64,000 nucleotides of DNA from Macrostomum lignano (lineage: Eukaryota): assembly GCA_002269645.1 (NCBI GenBank), contig NIVC01000449.1, forward strand, positions 248,001-312,000, in the 5' to 3' direction. Below the pieces are notes generated by a model. The model was given only the letters and a program-made list of their open reading frames with translations. It was not told where the DNA came from and did not search any database. Both the position numbers and the translations under genes were made by a program. Positions 35,401 to 47,904 of the stretch are shown piece after piece. How positions within the stretch are numbered: position 1 is the first letter of the stretch; the number at the start of each line of letters is the position of its first letter.

Positions 35401-38400
35401 GGGAGATCAAGAGAGTCAGAGGTCAGAGAGGGAGATCAAGAGAGTCAGACAGTCGAAAGTTACAAGAGAGCCAGTGGCAGTGGCAGTCTGCACAGACCTG
35501 GTCCACCCTGAGCGTAAACTCTTTCCGATTGCGCTCGAACTGCACAATATGCCATTCGTTGTCGTTATAGATGACAGTGACCTGACTCTCCCCCGGGTTG
35601 CTGCTGAAGGCCACAGAGCTGATTGACAGCACACCGTAGCCGGCGTTAAATGAGAATTGAACTTCTCTGCCGCGCTTCAGACGAGCCTCAATAAAGTGAC
35701 CGGTTCGGTTGCCGTTGATCTGGAAGAAGACGGCGTCAGTCTGGGTAGTCTTGAACAGAAACCGGATGTCCAGCTCAGTCTCAGAGTAGATTGGCTCCAT
35801 TTCAATGGTGGCGTCGGTTTTACGGAATGTCACCGTGTTGTCAAACAGGTTGTCGCCTGTGCACTCGAGCGGACCGAGGGTGAACTGGCCTGGTGAGAAA
35901 AGATAGGCATGCAGGATGATTGTGTGAGATCTGGATTGGAAAGCCGAGTCAATGAGTCATCATGAAGCTCGCTTGCACAGTTAAATGGGATTGTAACCCA
36001 GTGGTCTAGCATGGTGCTTTGATATTCCAGCGGCCCAGGCTCGATTCCAAGTGCAGTCATATTAGTTTGGGGCTCAATTGAAATCTCGGCTTGGCTCTGC
36101 TCGTGCAATTAACGGCCTTGAGGGCCAACCTTGCAATTAGGCGCAGTGAAGTGTACATGCCTATCGATAAATAAAGTTAGAACCGCTGTACACTCCTGTG
36201 TGAGTGTGTGCCTGTGACTGCGTAAGTATCCGCGCGCTTGTGTGCCTGCTCAGGGGAGTCGGCAGTAATGCCACTAATGTGACAATGTGACAGTGTGACA
36301 GTGTGACAGCAATGTGATAATGTCGCTTAAAGTGCGCCAGGGTGCACAGAGCTCCCTGTCTCGAATTAAAAATGCTCACGTTGCGTTTAACGTTATCCTT
36401 ACTACCACATCAGTTGTGCTTTGAGTGACCCCGGTGAAACCTTCTTGTGTATCTGAGACAGTTACCGTGTCTTCCCGTAATCTTAAGCGTCCCAGATGTA
36501 CTTATTGCGTTTCTAGCGTACTTTAAAGCTGTCTGTCACTGTAGTATCTAGAGTACCTTGGCACCCCAGATTTACTGTAAAAAAACCCTCATTGTCTTTG
36601 GTGCATCGGAGTGCGTACTTTGGACATCTTTGGCGTGTTTAGGGACCCAGACAGCAGAGAGAGACAAACAAAGAACCAAATCCAGACCAACTCACCCTCC
36701 TTATTATCAGCGGTGGACCCGGTATCACCAAATCTCAGCTGAGTAACTGGCAGATCCTCCTTATAGGTGAAATACCCAGTATCCTGCTGATACTCAACTA
36801 AGTCCACGGACGCCTCAGAGAAGCTGTCGCAGTTGCACACGGCGCCTCTCTGACAGGTTCCAGTTACGCCGCAGTCGCATCGTTGAATTCCTGGCGCCGA
36901 GCCGCCCCAGTAGAACCGGGGCTGGCCGCGCCGGGACACCCACCAGGACCAGGCCCGGTTGGCCAGGTTTGTCCCGCCCAAAGTCGGCCGACTGAGCAGG
37001 CGGGTGTTGCGGCATTTGTAGTTGATCATCTGACGGCAGCTGACGCTCCGACGGACCAGTTCGGCCAGCGACAACGTCGAAGTTTGATAATCAACGTTGA
37101 AAATAAATGAGCCCGGCAGTTGGTAGCCGTTTACCTGTCGAAAGTTTAATGTGAGGTCAGATTTCAAAATTTCTTGACCAGTGATACGTGTTGGGGTATC
37201 ACAACCAGCATTGAGGCAAAATTGTTTGTCTATCCCGCTGGCTTTTGAGTAAATAATTTAAACTTTGCTATTGTACGAGTATCCTAAAGGTGGCCTTTCG
37301 AACTAGCAGAAAGCCAGGATGGACAAGAGTGGCCCTATTCGCCTAACCAGGATTTTTATTGAGGGGAGCGGAGCGTATTTATGGAGTGCTGGGGCGAGAC
37401 GACAGCGCCATCGTAAAAGTCACCACAGTGGCGCCAGCACCAAGGGGCGCAAGCACCAAGGGGCGCAAGCACCAAGGGGCGCAAGCACCAAGGGGCGCAA
37501 GCACCAAGGGGCGCCAGCACCAAGGGGCGCAAGCACCAAGGGGCGCCAGCACCAAGGGGCGCAAGCACCAAGGGGCGCCAGCACCAAGGGGCGCAAGCAC
37601 CAAGGGGCGCAAGCACCAAGGGGCGCAAGCACCAAGGGGCGCAAGCACCAAGGGGCGCAAGCACCAAGGGGCGTAAGCACCAAAGGGCGCAAGCACCAAG
37701 GGGCGCAAGCACCAAGGGGCGCAAGCACCAAGGGGCGCAAGCACCAAGGGGCGCAAGCACCAAGGGGCGCAAGCACCAAGGGGCGCAAGCACCAAGGGGC
37801 GCAAGCACCAAGGGGCGCAAGCACCAAGGGGCGCAAGCACCAAGGGGCGCAAGCACCAAGGGGCGCAAGCACCAAGGGGCGCCAGCACCAAGGGGCGCAA
37901 GCACCAAGGGGCGCAAGCACCAAGGGGCGCAAGCACCAAGGGGCGCAAGCACCAAGGGGCGCAAGCACCAAGGGGCGCAAGCACCAAGGGGCGCCAGCAC
38001 CAAGGGGCGCAAGCACCAAGGGGCGCAAGCACCAAGAGGCGCAAGCACCAAGGGGCGCCAGCACCAAGGGGCGCAAGCACCAAGGGGCGCCAGCACCAAG
38101 GGGCGCCAAGGGACGTGAGTGGACTAATGACAGCACCAAAGAGGCGCCAAGGGACGTGAGTGGACTAATGACAGCACCAAAGAGGCGCCAAGGGACGTGA
38201 GTGGACTAATGACAGCACCAAAGAGGCGCCAAGGGACGTGAGTGGACTAATGACAGCACCAAAGAGGCGCCAAGGGACGTGAGTGGACTAATGACAGCAC
38301 CAAAGAGGCGCCAAGGGACGTGAGTGGACTAATGACAGCACCAAAGAGGCGCCAAGGGACGTGAGTGGACTAATGACAGCACCAAAGAGGCGCCAAGGGA

Positions 38401-40898
38401 CGTGAGTGGACTAATGACAGCACCAAAGAGGCGCCAAGGGACGTGAGTGGACTAATGACAGCACCAAAGAGGCGCCATAGTTTTTCCCATCCTTTTAGAA
38501 AGCCGTGCCCCCTTTGCGCTTCCTGGCTATGTCCATGCGGCTACTTGAATGCTCAAGTCTGAACCTTCTGGCACAATAAATCAATCCCATATTTATCGAG
38601 CTACATTCTTAAACTGTGTCTGAGTGAAACTAGTACATAGTCGCAGTATTTGATAGAAATGATGAATGAACAGAACCCTCACAGAAGTGTCAGGCCTAGC
38701 CGTATGATTGACCAGAGTTCGTACAATTCCATCCCGAAATATGCAATTGACATGAACCGGCTCCAAAATCTGCGAGCCATCGATATCGATTGTCGCATTC
38801 TTCTCACTGATAGTGGGATAAAGCAGCTGCATCTCTGAGCAGGAAGTGAAGTGAGTAGACTGATGACAGACTGCGCTATCTGAGTAGCCCTCCGGGCAGG
38901 TGCAATAGAATTCGCCCCAGTCCTGGCTGCAGTGCGCACCCCGTTTGCACGGATTTGGCATGCAGCGGTCGCGCATAGCGCAGGTGCCGTTCAAAATCGT
39001 GCCCTGCTTGTTTAAAGGGTCCAACTCGCGATAGATCACTGCTCGACTCTGCACGCTGAGCTGCTTGATGCAGCCGCGAAATGCTTTCCACTTCTTGTTG
39101 ATGAGGCTGAGTCGGTCAGGTGACCAGCCGATGTAGGTTAGCGTGTTGAAACTGAGACTGAGTTGCTGAATAGTTGAGTACAGTGTGCCGTCGATTGTAA
39201 CTTTAATGGAGTTCCTGGATGCGTACAGATCGACGTAATGCCACAGGCCGTCAGCGAAATTGTCAGGCGTAGCATCTGGGTCAAGATTGGTGTACACCAC
39301 GCTGATATCTTTGGTTACAGAGTCTTTGAGCTGCACCACGAGCTCAAGGTTTCCATCTTCTTTGATATCCAAGGCTAGAAACTTGTCTGTTACTCCGTTC
39401 GTCGTCTGCAGTGGGTGATAGATCAGCACCGTGTCCTTTTGAAATGTTCTAAAGTACAACGATGTCTGCAGGCTACTGCCTGCGTCGCGTAGCGCTTTGA
39501 TAAAAGCGTCCTCTGAGCCTAGAGTTATGATCTCGTCCGTCACTGCACTACTCAATGGACACCTGGAGCCAACCTCTCCGATAGTTTGAAATCCTTCTAT
39601 GGCATTGTCTGAGTCAGGCGTTGTTCGGGCATCCCGGATGAGATTCAAACCGTTGAGCCAGACATTCTCCAGACACCCCGTGAAGTTCTTGCGCACTAGA
39701 AGGCCCGGCTTGTTGGTGAATACATCCATTCCTCCTAAGTAGATGGCTCCATTCAAATTCAGGTGCATGTACTCTGTCTGCAGCTCTAGCCAAACTTTGA
39801 CTCGATCAACGCTGATGTTAAACATTCTCTGCTCGCGAACAATCAGCACATCGTGCCACATGTTATCGTCAAGCAGCGAACCAGCAAAAACCTCGTTTAC
39901 ACCGGATAGCGAAGGCGTCCGACCCAGGTTAATGCTGATCCTCAGTTTGGACTGGTACAGCTCCACAGCAAGGTGGTCAGTTTGATCGGATGATGCGTAC
40001 AGAATCAGGCCGTTGGTGTCCTGAGTACGGAACCGGAACTGGATCCGATCGTTGACGGTCTGCACGCCGTGGCTGAGGTCCAACTCGATCCGGCTGCTGC
40101 CAGTGAAGCTGGCAATGTAGGACTCGAGTTTGCAGCCGTACAGTTCGGCTCGCATCGAGATCAGATTGTGCCAGCGCTGCGGATTGATGCGAACGTAGCG
40201 GCCACAATGGGATAGGAGAAGCGATTCTCTGCTACACCATGGTCATCGATGTTGCCTTCGAACAGGTAGGGCGAGCCGTATTCGTCTCGGTAGAACAGCC
40301 AGTTCCGCGGCAGGTCGTCGTCAGCGTATTGCACCAGGTAGTCCATCACCCATTCGCGACCACCTTTGCGGCCCTGAGTGGCCACCCCAGTGAGCACGTG
40401 GCGCTCGCCTAGGTCAATCTGCAGCCACTGGTTTGTGTTCTGGTCGCCAGCGATCCACGCTCCCGCACCGACTCGATTTCGGAAGAACAGGAAGCCTGAG
40501 TGGATGGGTTTCGAATGCGTTAATGTGAGTAGCTATTAAAACCGAATAAATTAAGCAAAGAGCTGCTTGACTTTACCATCTGCGTAGTGCAACCGTCCAA
40601 ATGAAGCTCGTGTCTGAGCGTTCATGAACGACGAGGCGGTGATCTGATCGTCAGGGATGCCGTTGTGTACGTCGGTCAGTCCGAGCGGAATCAGCGGGAA
40701 AAGATCGCATCGCTCTGAATTTGCGTAAATATTGGTTGTAAAAGTTATACTTGCAACTAATACTTGCATGGTTGTTTTCATTTTTTCAATTTGCTGTGAT
40801 GATTCGGTCACGGAAACGATATACACATGTCTCGTTTTAGCAGCAAGCAGAAATAAAGTAATAAATACAGCAAAAACCATGCATACTGCATTCTGCAT
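29422..40898 (-). CDS. Nrx-IV: Neurexin IV / contactin-associated protein (CASPR/CNTNAP) ortholog. Exons: 40898-40577, 40495-38683, 37134-36696, 35889-35498, 34127-33981, 33565-33204, 32205-32046, 31195-30935, 29730-29422
   Basis: F5/8C discoidin (QWLQIDLG...GVATQGR...SMRAELYGC), LamG x2, EGF, fibrinogen-like (SCRQMINYKC...YWGGSAPG...CNCD), LamG, EGF, LamG, TM, band 4.1 motif GDYETKEA and PDZ-type tail KEWWL. All introns are GT-AG with matching phases; one -1 shift at about 40200 (CC vs CCC). The 5' coding end is less certain. Confidence 0.93.
29780..30880. repeat. 21-bp minisatellite (GAAGCAATCACAGACTATCCT)n grading into GAAGCATTGAGGACTATCCCT, in the last Nrx-IV intron
   Basis: About 50 units, with sequence drift toward the donor end. 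Confidence 0.95.
31285..31810. repeat. 14-bp minisatellite (TGTCACTCTCTCCC)n, intronic
   Basis: About 37 units. Confidence 0.95.
32325..33145. repeat. 17/16-bp minisatellite (GAGAAGTGTCGAGTTTT)n, intronic
   Basis: About 48 units. Confidence 0.95.
33570..33830. repeat. Degenerate G/T-rich repeat (GGGGTTGTGT-like), intronic
   Basis: Low-complexity tandem pattern. Confidence 0.8.
34250..35450. repeat. Purine-rich 29-30-bp minisatellite (GAGAGTCAGAGGTCAGAGAGGGAGATCAA)n and variants, intronic
   Basis: 30-mer units on the left, homogeneous 29-mers on the right. Confidence 0.93.
35991..36375 (+). mobile_element. tRNA-derived SINE, family B, longest copy (Nrx-IV intron)
   Basis: A box TAACCCAGTGG, B box GGCTCGATTCC; body shared with the 16.5-kb and 17.4-kb copies; internal TGTGACAG repeats. 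Confidence 0.8.
37425..38477. repeat. Compound minisatellite: 16-mer (GCACCAAGGGGCGCAA)n followed by about 9 copies of a 41-mer
   Basis: 16-mer at 37425-38105; 41-mer GGGACGTGAGTGGACTAATGACAGCACCAAAGAGGCGCCAA at 38108-38477. Confidence 0.96.
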
Positions 40899-41706
40899 CG
40901 TGATAATATTGACTTAAAACTAAACCTCGATCAGGTTCTCAAATGAGAAATAGAGCCTTATAATAAAATAAAAAGAATAAAAAATATTCAAACTTATTTT
41001 AAAAGCTAGCAAGTAAAGTTTATGGTTTTGTTGTTAATTGAGAATATCATTGAGAATAGAATAGTTACAGTAAACACAATGATGCGTTCCATTTGAGAGC
41101 AATAGAGCACTGCAGACGCCTCAAGTCAGAAACTCAAGTCAGATTTATTAGTTTCCGGGTCCTTGACTAGTAGAAGAAATAAACGAGACCAGCCGCCTCG
41201 GAGCTGAGCAAAAACGGCTCATTCTCTGGAAAAAATCCTAAATCAAGCGTTGCATAGCAAGCCGTGCAGAAATTTAAAGAGGCGTGCAAAAATGTTCTAC
41301 ATGTACATGTATACTGTGGAGGTACAGTATACAAGCGATTTGTGCTAACTTGCTTTATTGCACTGTAGAATTTCTCCACAAGGTAAAAAAATCAAACCAG
41401 GAGAAAACGTTTTCCAGGCGAAAAGTATAAATATTTTATATCAATTAATGTTAGACAACTAATGGTGGGAAAGCCAACTGAAGTGGACGCCTTTTTTAAA
41501 TAGAATAATGATGCAAAACATAAATGCATCATGCATGTCAGGTACAATCTCTTCGAAATAAAGCCAGGAAGCTTTAAAAAGGGGACATCGCATAATACTG
41601 TCATGCAGGGTCAATAAACGTCTAGTTGTATCAAGAGCTTTTTAATGCAAAATTAACAGCCAAAAGTGGAAAAAAACGTAATATTTAAGCACAGTAAATT
41701 AACTTA

Positions 41707-42319
41707 CGTGATAAAGCTGCAGGAAGCAAGCAAAATAGGACTAAAAAGATTCCACTCATTTTATAACTGCATTCATTCAACCCTAATTCTAACTACCTAA
41801 TAAAATACCTAAGTCTATAAATTACATGTATATATTAACCCATGCTTTAATGTGAAGTCGAACGGAAGAATTTTCGATTTAAACACTTTTCATCAAGAAA
41901 ATCGATAAGACTTTTGAAGCTTTATTTTTAATTAAAAAGTTCAATAAAATTAGAATCTTATGGATATACTTTCATTTTTAATTTCTTAAGGCTTTTAAGT
42001 ACCAAGAACTTGTTATAGTTATAAACAAATTAAATTTAGCCATTAAGAAAAAGTTTCAGAAAAATTGAAGATTTTAGTTTATGAGGGTTTTCTTGCATGC
42101 TAAAAAATCTGAGAAGCTTTTTAACTAAAACTTTAGTTAATACAGTATAACCATCCACCGCTAATTACTAAAAAACATTTTGAGTCTACAAATAAAATTG
42201 CATTGCCTTGACGGCTTGAAATTAACTAACGATTTTCTTCAAATTTAAAAAGTAATCTCTTTCATCGCAGATTTTCCTTTATGCGGGTTGCAAATTTGGA
42301 TTGGAGAAGCTTGAGAAGG
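41707..42319. promoter_or_regulatory. Putative bidirectional promoter between 5'UTR exons of Nrx-IV (minus) and Pur-alpha (plus)
   Basis: Outward-facing strong donors: minus strand CAC|GTAAGT at 41707 and plus strand AAG|GTAAGA at 42319. Matching 5'UTR acceptors at 41363 or 40913 (minus) and 54909 (plus). Confidence 0.35.
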
Positions 42320-42859
42320 TAAGAGTTGTCTCTGTCTCTGCCGTCAATTTTTTAATGCAATCGTGTTTTTGTGTTTTTTTTAATGAAAATACTAGTCTTA
42401 GTAGGTACTTTATTAATTCTAAAGTAATTTTATAGGCCTATTAGGGCCTAAGCTGATCAGTGATTGCTGTAGAATGCATTTGAATTTAAATTTGGCTTAG
42501 GTCAGTGTAACTGGTTCTGAACAGACTTTTAAGACGGACAAAAAACTTTGCGAAATTTAGGTAATTAAGATTCAATACATGGACAATCATATTGAATGTC
42601 TGTTGGAATATATGTTATGTTGAGAAACCCCACATCTAATATAGGCCTAGTAGGCCTAAGCAAGGACAACAGGACAAGGTCAAAAGTAAACACAAAGAAT
42701 GATTTGGTTGGTCATTTTAATCATTATCCCAATAAAAGTTAAATATGTTTATGTTTATAAATCTATATTTCCTTTAGAGTTTATATCCTAAAAATGATGT
42801 TATGCAATAGATTATGCAATAGATTCTAATAGATTCTGCAATAGGATATTGCATATATG

Positions 42860-43300
42860 CAATAGATTTTTAAAAAATGGCTCAACTAATTTTATTCAAA
42901 CTTGCACCATTTGATTAGAAAATTTTCTAGGACAGTACATACATCTTGGCTAAGAAATCACTCAATGTTAAAAGGATTAAATATTCAAAAACATGCTTTT
43001 TTGCAAAGGTCAAGCAGCTCTTTCAATCTGAAATTCATTGTAAAAATGCTAAAGAAAAAACTGACAGGCTGAATTCCAATTGTGATAAAGATTGTATCAC
43101 AACAAGTTGAAAACAGTGTCGAAGAAATGCACACCAGACTTGATTGAAATTGCGTAACTATATTGCTAACTTTAATTGAGACTAATACTGGCTGACTGAG
43201 AAATTGATTATATCATAACTTTTAACTCTAACCAACTTGCTATAAGTATTGAATTCTAAAGGCCACAACATACATGTGCAACTTTGGGAATCACCTGGGT
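42860..43300 (+). mobile_element. Partial copy of the non-autonomous Helitron 5' region
   Basis: Direct repeat of 48880-49320 (AAAAATGGCTCAACTAATTTT..TCAAACTTGCACCATTTGA...GCAAAGGTCAAGCAGCTC). Confidence 0.7.
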
Positions 43301-43809
43301 AAATCTCAAACACAGAAGTAAAAAATTTGACAAAAACTAAAAGTTCAGAGACATGGAAGAAAATACTTTACCTCTAAAGATTAAACATTAGTATAATAAT
43401 TTTTCTACTTAAAACCACAAGTAACACTGAATTTCAAGAAAGAAGAGTTTTCTTTGGCGTCATCCTTGCCCACCACATGCCTAAAGATCAGAATGTCAAT
43501 CAGCAGTATTTCAAACACTTCATAATTCACCATCTTCGCCCAGCTCTCTGCAAAAAGCGTCCGAGGACTTGAATCTCTGTGAACAATCAACTGTTTGTTC
43601 TGATGTCAGTCCAAACTACATGTAAAACATGATTGCACAAACTTTTGGGATGACCCTTAGAGATATAAAAAAAACTTACACCACACGACAAAAAGTAGTG
43701 CAGTAAAGATTTGATAAATGGAGCTTGTTTCTTCACAAAACACAGGAAACGTCGCAGAAAAAAATTTCTGGAATGTCATCGCGCACTCTGATGCCAGCAC
43801 ATTGCCAGT

Positions 43810-46400
43810 GCTACCATTTATGGTAGCCATCACATTGGATCCACTGAAGCTTGACGGATTGCAGCCGTAGACTGTTCAGACTCGCTATCACCTACGTGTT
43901 GATGTCGATGTCCATGGCGACGCACACGATTGCAATTTGAACCATCAACTGACTGTAGATTTTTCGGTGTATCGTTCTGACTCACACGTGCAGCTGCAGT
44001 GCCTGAGACTCAAAACAGGTTCCAGATTTTGGCGTCATAGCAATGGCACTCTGGTGTTGAATGAGGACACAAATAGGTAAGCCAGCGATACACGATTTCT
44101 CTTTGTGTTCAGCAGACGTCATGGCAGTTTGCAATTCCTCGCATTTCATTTAGGTTGATCATTCAAAGTACGCCTTTCTGCAGGTCGATATCTTGTGCTG
44201 TGACAATAAATAAAATAACCTTTAAATCTGGTTCACAATGAGCAGCCGCCATGACCTCATCTGGGGTTCGCACAGTGCCTCCCATCAATACAATGCTGTC
44301 GCATCGCCTCTTGATAACTGCTCCTACTCCGTCAGCTGCGCCTTTGCCATGGCCCACTTCTGTAAAAAGCCACTGCCAGTCATGTACTCCCATTTTTCGC
44401 AGCAGACAATTGAAAACATACAGATTAAATTGATTTCTATACTGGCTGCTAGGAGAGTCTGATATTACAGTAATCTTGGTAATTTTTGGAAATTTGTCCC
44501 AGAACTACCTTAGGACAGGCAAAAGGTGAGCTCCTACTGCGTCTTTAGTCTTGCAATTATCTGCTAACAACGTTGAAAAGCAAACAGGACTTTGACTAGG
44601 GTGATAGCACACTCCTTGATGAATAGTCACTTCATGCTTGGCACCAAAATGACTCAACTGCACTTCATGTCCACACTTCCCAGAGTAGTTCTCGGAAAAA
44701 TCAATTAGCAAAATGAGATGACTTGGTTTTTGATTGAATTTTAGCTCCCGGATGGCTCAGTACTGATGTCTAAGCCGAAAAAAGTGGCAGGAATACTTCA
44801 CCATTTGCTTTTTCATCTTACTTAGGGCAAGGTCGCATGGAATACTTTTTTGCACCAACTGAGTGCTGAAACTGCCAGAATCTCCTATGGGAACTGACTT
44901 CCACTTGCAGTAGCAAATCTCTTGGTTGGATTCCTTAAATTTTGAAGGCAGCTTGTCGTGGCATTGTGTACAGTTTTGCTGAAGGCATGCTTCATTCTCC
45001 ATTGAGCATACCATTTCATTAAGATTCTGGTTCACATCAGTGGAGGCAATCAGCTTTGATGCATGAAAACCTTTCAGTAACAGAGCAGTATTCGTGCATT
45101 GCTGACACAAGCACATATCTCTGTCAGTAAGCTTCGGGTGAAGCACATGCCATGGCTTCCATCTATAAAATGTTGCCCTGCTCACTCGAGCTGTTGGATG
45201 CTCTGAAACAAACTTTAGTCGGAGAACCTCAATCATAGAAAGAAGGTACCTTTTCTGGCGGGTCTACTTTTTGCATGTTATGGACTCCTTCTTTCCTGCT
45301 GTTGCCTGACTATTATCATCTTGCAGAAAAAAGTCTTGTACCACCAAAAGCCAAGGGTTAACCCAAGGCTTTTTCTCCTTTGGATTCCATAGGCTTTTCG
45401 AGCACTTGAGTGTTGTCTTCAATGCCCTTTCAAGCATGGGATTGGAGGCAGCCAAGGAGCACATTCCCTTGAAGACTTGTTGGGTCGATCGCTTTCTTTT
45501 CGAGGTGAGAAGGTACTGAACAATCGCATTAGCGGACTCTGAGCATTTCTCCTTCGACCCCTTCTGACCCTGCTTCTTCAAAAATTGAATCTCTTTCTTT
45601 AAATTATCTACTTGACTTGCCAGAGACTGATTGGATTTATTACTTTCTGTCGCTCTCTTTGCCTTGCTGCTTTGGATTTGGACAGGCCTGTTCTTTTTCT
45701 GTCTTTCTCACAATCACTAGACACCTTGATTGATGTTAAATTGCTACATGTATGCTTCATTTTTGCCCTGTAACGTCGGGCAGACGCCAGGCTTTCTGCC
45801 TCTCTTTCACTCTGCTTTTGCTCGGCACTCAAAGAATGTCGTCTCTTGGCACTCCAATTCCGCTGTAACTCTCTCTGCTTCTCTGGGTCAGTCTTGTACT
45901 TCTTTGCAAGTGCACAACGGTTTGCTTCTAGCCAACACTGCCATTTTGGTTTTGCCATGGGCAGAAGACTGAAAAGTTGCCAAAATTGGTTGTGTATATT
46001 GAATGACAGCTCAAAGAGCAGGTGCTGCAGCAGCTTGTCGATGCAAAAGAGTGAGGTTTTAGCATTGCAACAGCCCTGCTGCTTGAAGAAAAGGCAGGAC
46101 AGACGAAATATTTTACAGACCGGAGCACTAGTCCTGCCCTTATTCTCCAAAGAAACAAATGGCACTGACTGCTGGAGGAGCAATCAGACCAACCAGAGTG
46201 GATGCCATTGAGCAGCAGAAGTTTTCTTCATCTGCCTTTGGTGGCATAAGGCACACCAGGGTTCCACTAGCCTCACCAGGCACTAATCTGCCTAAGGCAA
46301 AGTTTGCCTGGTAGGCTTCTTGGGTTGACACCCATGACACATAAAACTCAGGTGTGCTCGCGCATGAAGTTGGACGCTGATCCCTGGGGCCACACTTCAC
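43810..46400 (-). pseudogene. Decayed DDE/D DNA transposase, Sola2-like
   Basis: Collinear ORFs broken by stops: FFLQDDNSQATAGKKE, VSRATFYRWKPWHV, CLCQQCTN, IDFSENY, EVGHGKGAADGVGAVIKR. Superfamily assignment is from recalled motifs; TIRs not located. Confidence 0.6.
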
Positions 46401-47904
46401 AGAGCTGCTTACACTGCTAGCTTATTAACATGGTTGTGAGCCTACTAATATATTAATATATTCTATTATCATGCGACATCCATTTTTATTCCAGACAGAA
46501 AATGAATTTTTAAGTCAATTTGTGTATTTCAGAAACCATATAAGAATGAGGTATTATCATCTTCATGGTTTCTGGTATCAATTTAATGAAAATAACTGTG
46601 GTAATTTTAAGAATATCTGCATTTAAAATTGCCAAAATTTACAAATAGGCAGATGAGACTCTCACTTTCTATTTTTGTATGTAATTATGAAGATTGACAA
46701 TTGAAAATAACTAAATAGAGTGGTAGATATGGCATTCAGATTGCAAGGTAAACATATACTGCTACACAGATATAAATACAAATAGAAATAGATAGATTGT
46801 GCTAGTGTTAGATACTAAGGGGTCATTAAATACAATAAAAATATGTAATATCAGGGTTCTTTTTGCTTTAACCTAACCATGGGATCTGTTTCTAAGGGTT
46901 CCTGCCATACCTATTATCCTGCCATACCTATTATCCTTTGCTAGCCAAAAACAGGCATCAAATATGATAATATAAGAGGAACATACTAAATAGATTGACA
47001 GGAATAAATTAGAGTTATTCTGTGGATTACTGAACATTAGAGCTCAAGATATACACATAAGATCAAAAAAAAATATCATTACAAGTGAATTCATCGTAGA
47101 TTTTTGCACAAAAAAACTAAAACTGCTTATTTAGTTATAATACTTGGCTATGAATGTTTAAAAACCCATATAATGAACTTAATAAGGTCCATACTTCTTT
47201 AGTAAAATCACAAGAACATGCAATGAAAAACTACTCTTTGTTTAGTATTTTTCTACATAATTAAAACATTTTGGGAACATATACAAGCTTATGAGCTGAG
47301 TAAACTGACACCTTACAAGAAATTTTGTGCTTATGAAAAAAGTCAAAATGTAACATCAATAGGCATAAGTAAGTAACAATGCATTGACAATTGCAGATAA
47401 AATGGAAAAACTATATTTAAAATGTCTCTGAAAGAATGAATCACTAAAGATCAAAAATGTTTGGTGTTGTTTATTAGAAAACTTACACCTTACAGGAACT
47501 TTTCAACAGTAGACAAATATCATGCAATTGAGACAAGGCCAAATAAGTTCATAAATATTAAAAACACAGTGGTACAATATCCACAAGCTCCCAGATAAAG
47601 GTTTTCCCCAATATTTTCAGTCTTTGTCACATAGACAAAGATAGTACACGTGCAAAAAAGCGTTATGAAACAAAAAATGTACTTAAGATAACAAGTCAGA
47701 AAGCTACGTTTTTAGTTGCTATCGCCACGAAAAAACAGAAGCTCTGGCTAAACGTTTAAAGAAACATTTATTGATTGGTTTTTTTTATAAATACCAGGTA
47801 AAGTTATGTACAAATACTTCTGATTTAACTATGAAATTCATGCTCAAAGAAAAAATTTGTTTATAATTTACATATATATTGTCAATCTGAGATTTACCCA
47901 CCTG

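Noticed and set aside
25154-38200. Repetitive ORFs (SDCGTKM, RSLSEAAE, SLSPCH, KLDTSQ, GESE, GASTKGRKHQ and others)
   Set aside because: All derive from tandem arrays, mostly intronic or antisense to Nrx-IV.
38108-38477. CRISPR-like repeat/spacer appearance of the 41-mer array
   Set aside because: The would-be spacers are identical, there are no cas genes, and the context is a eukaryotic intron.
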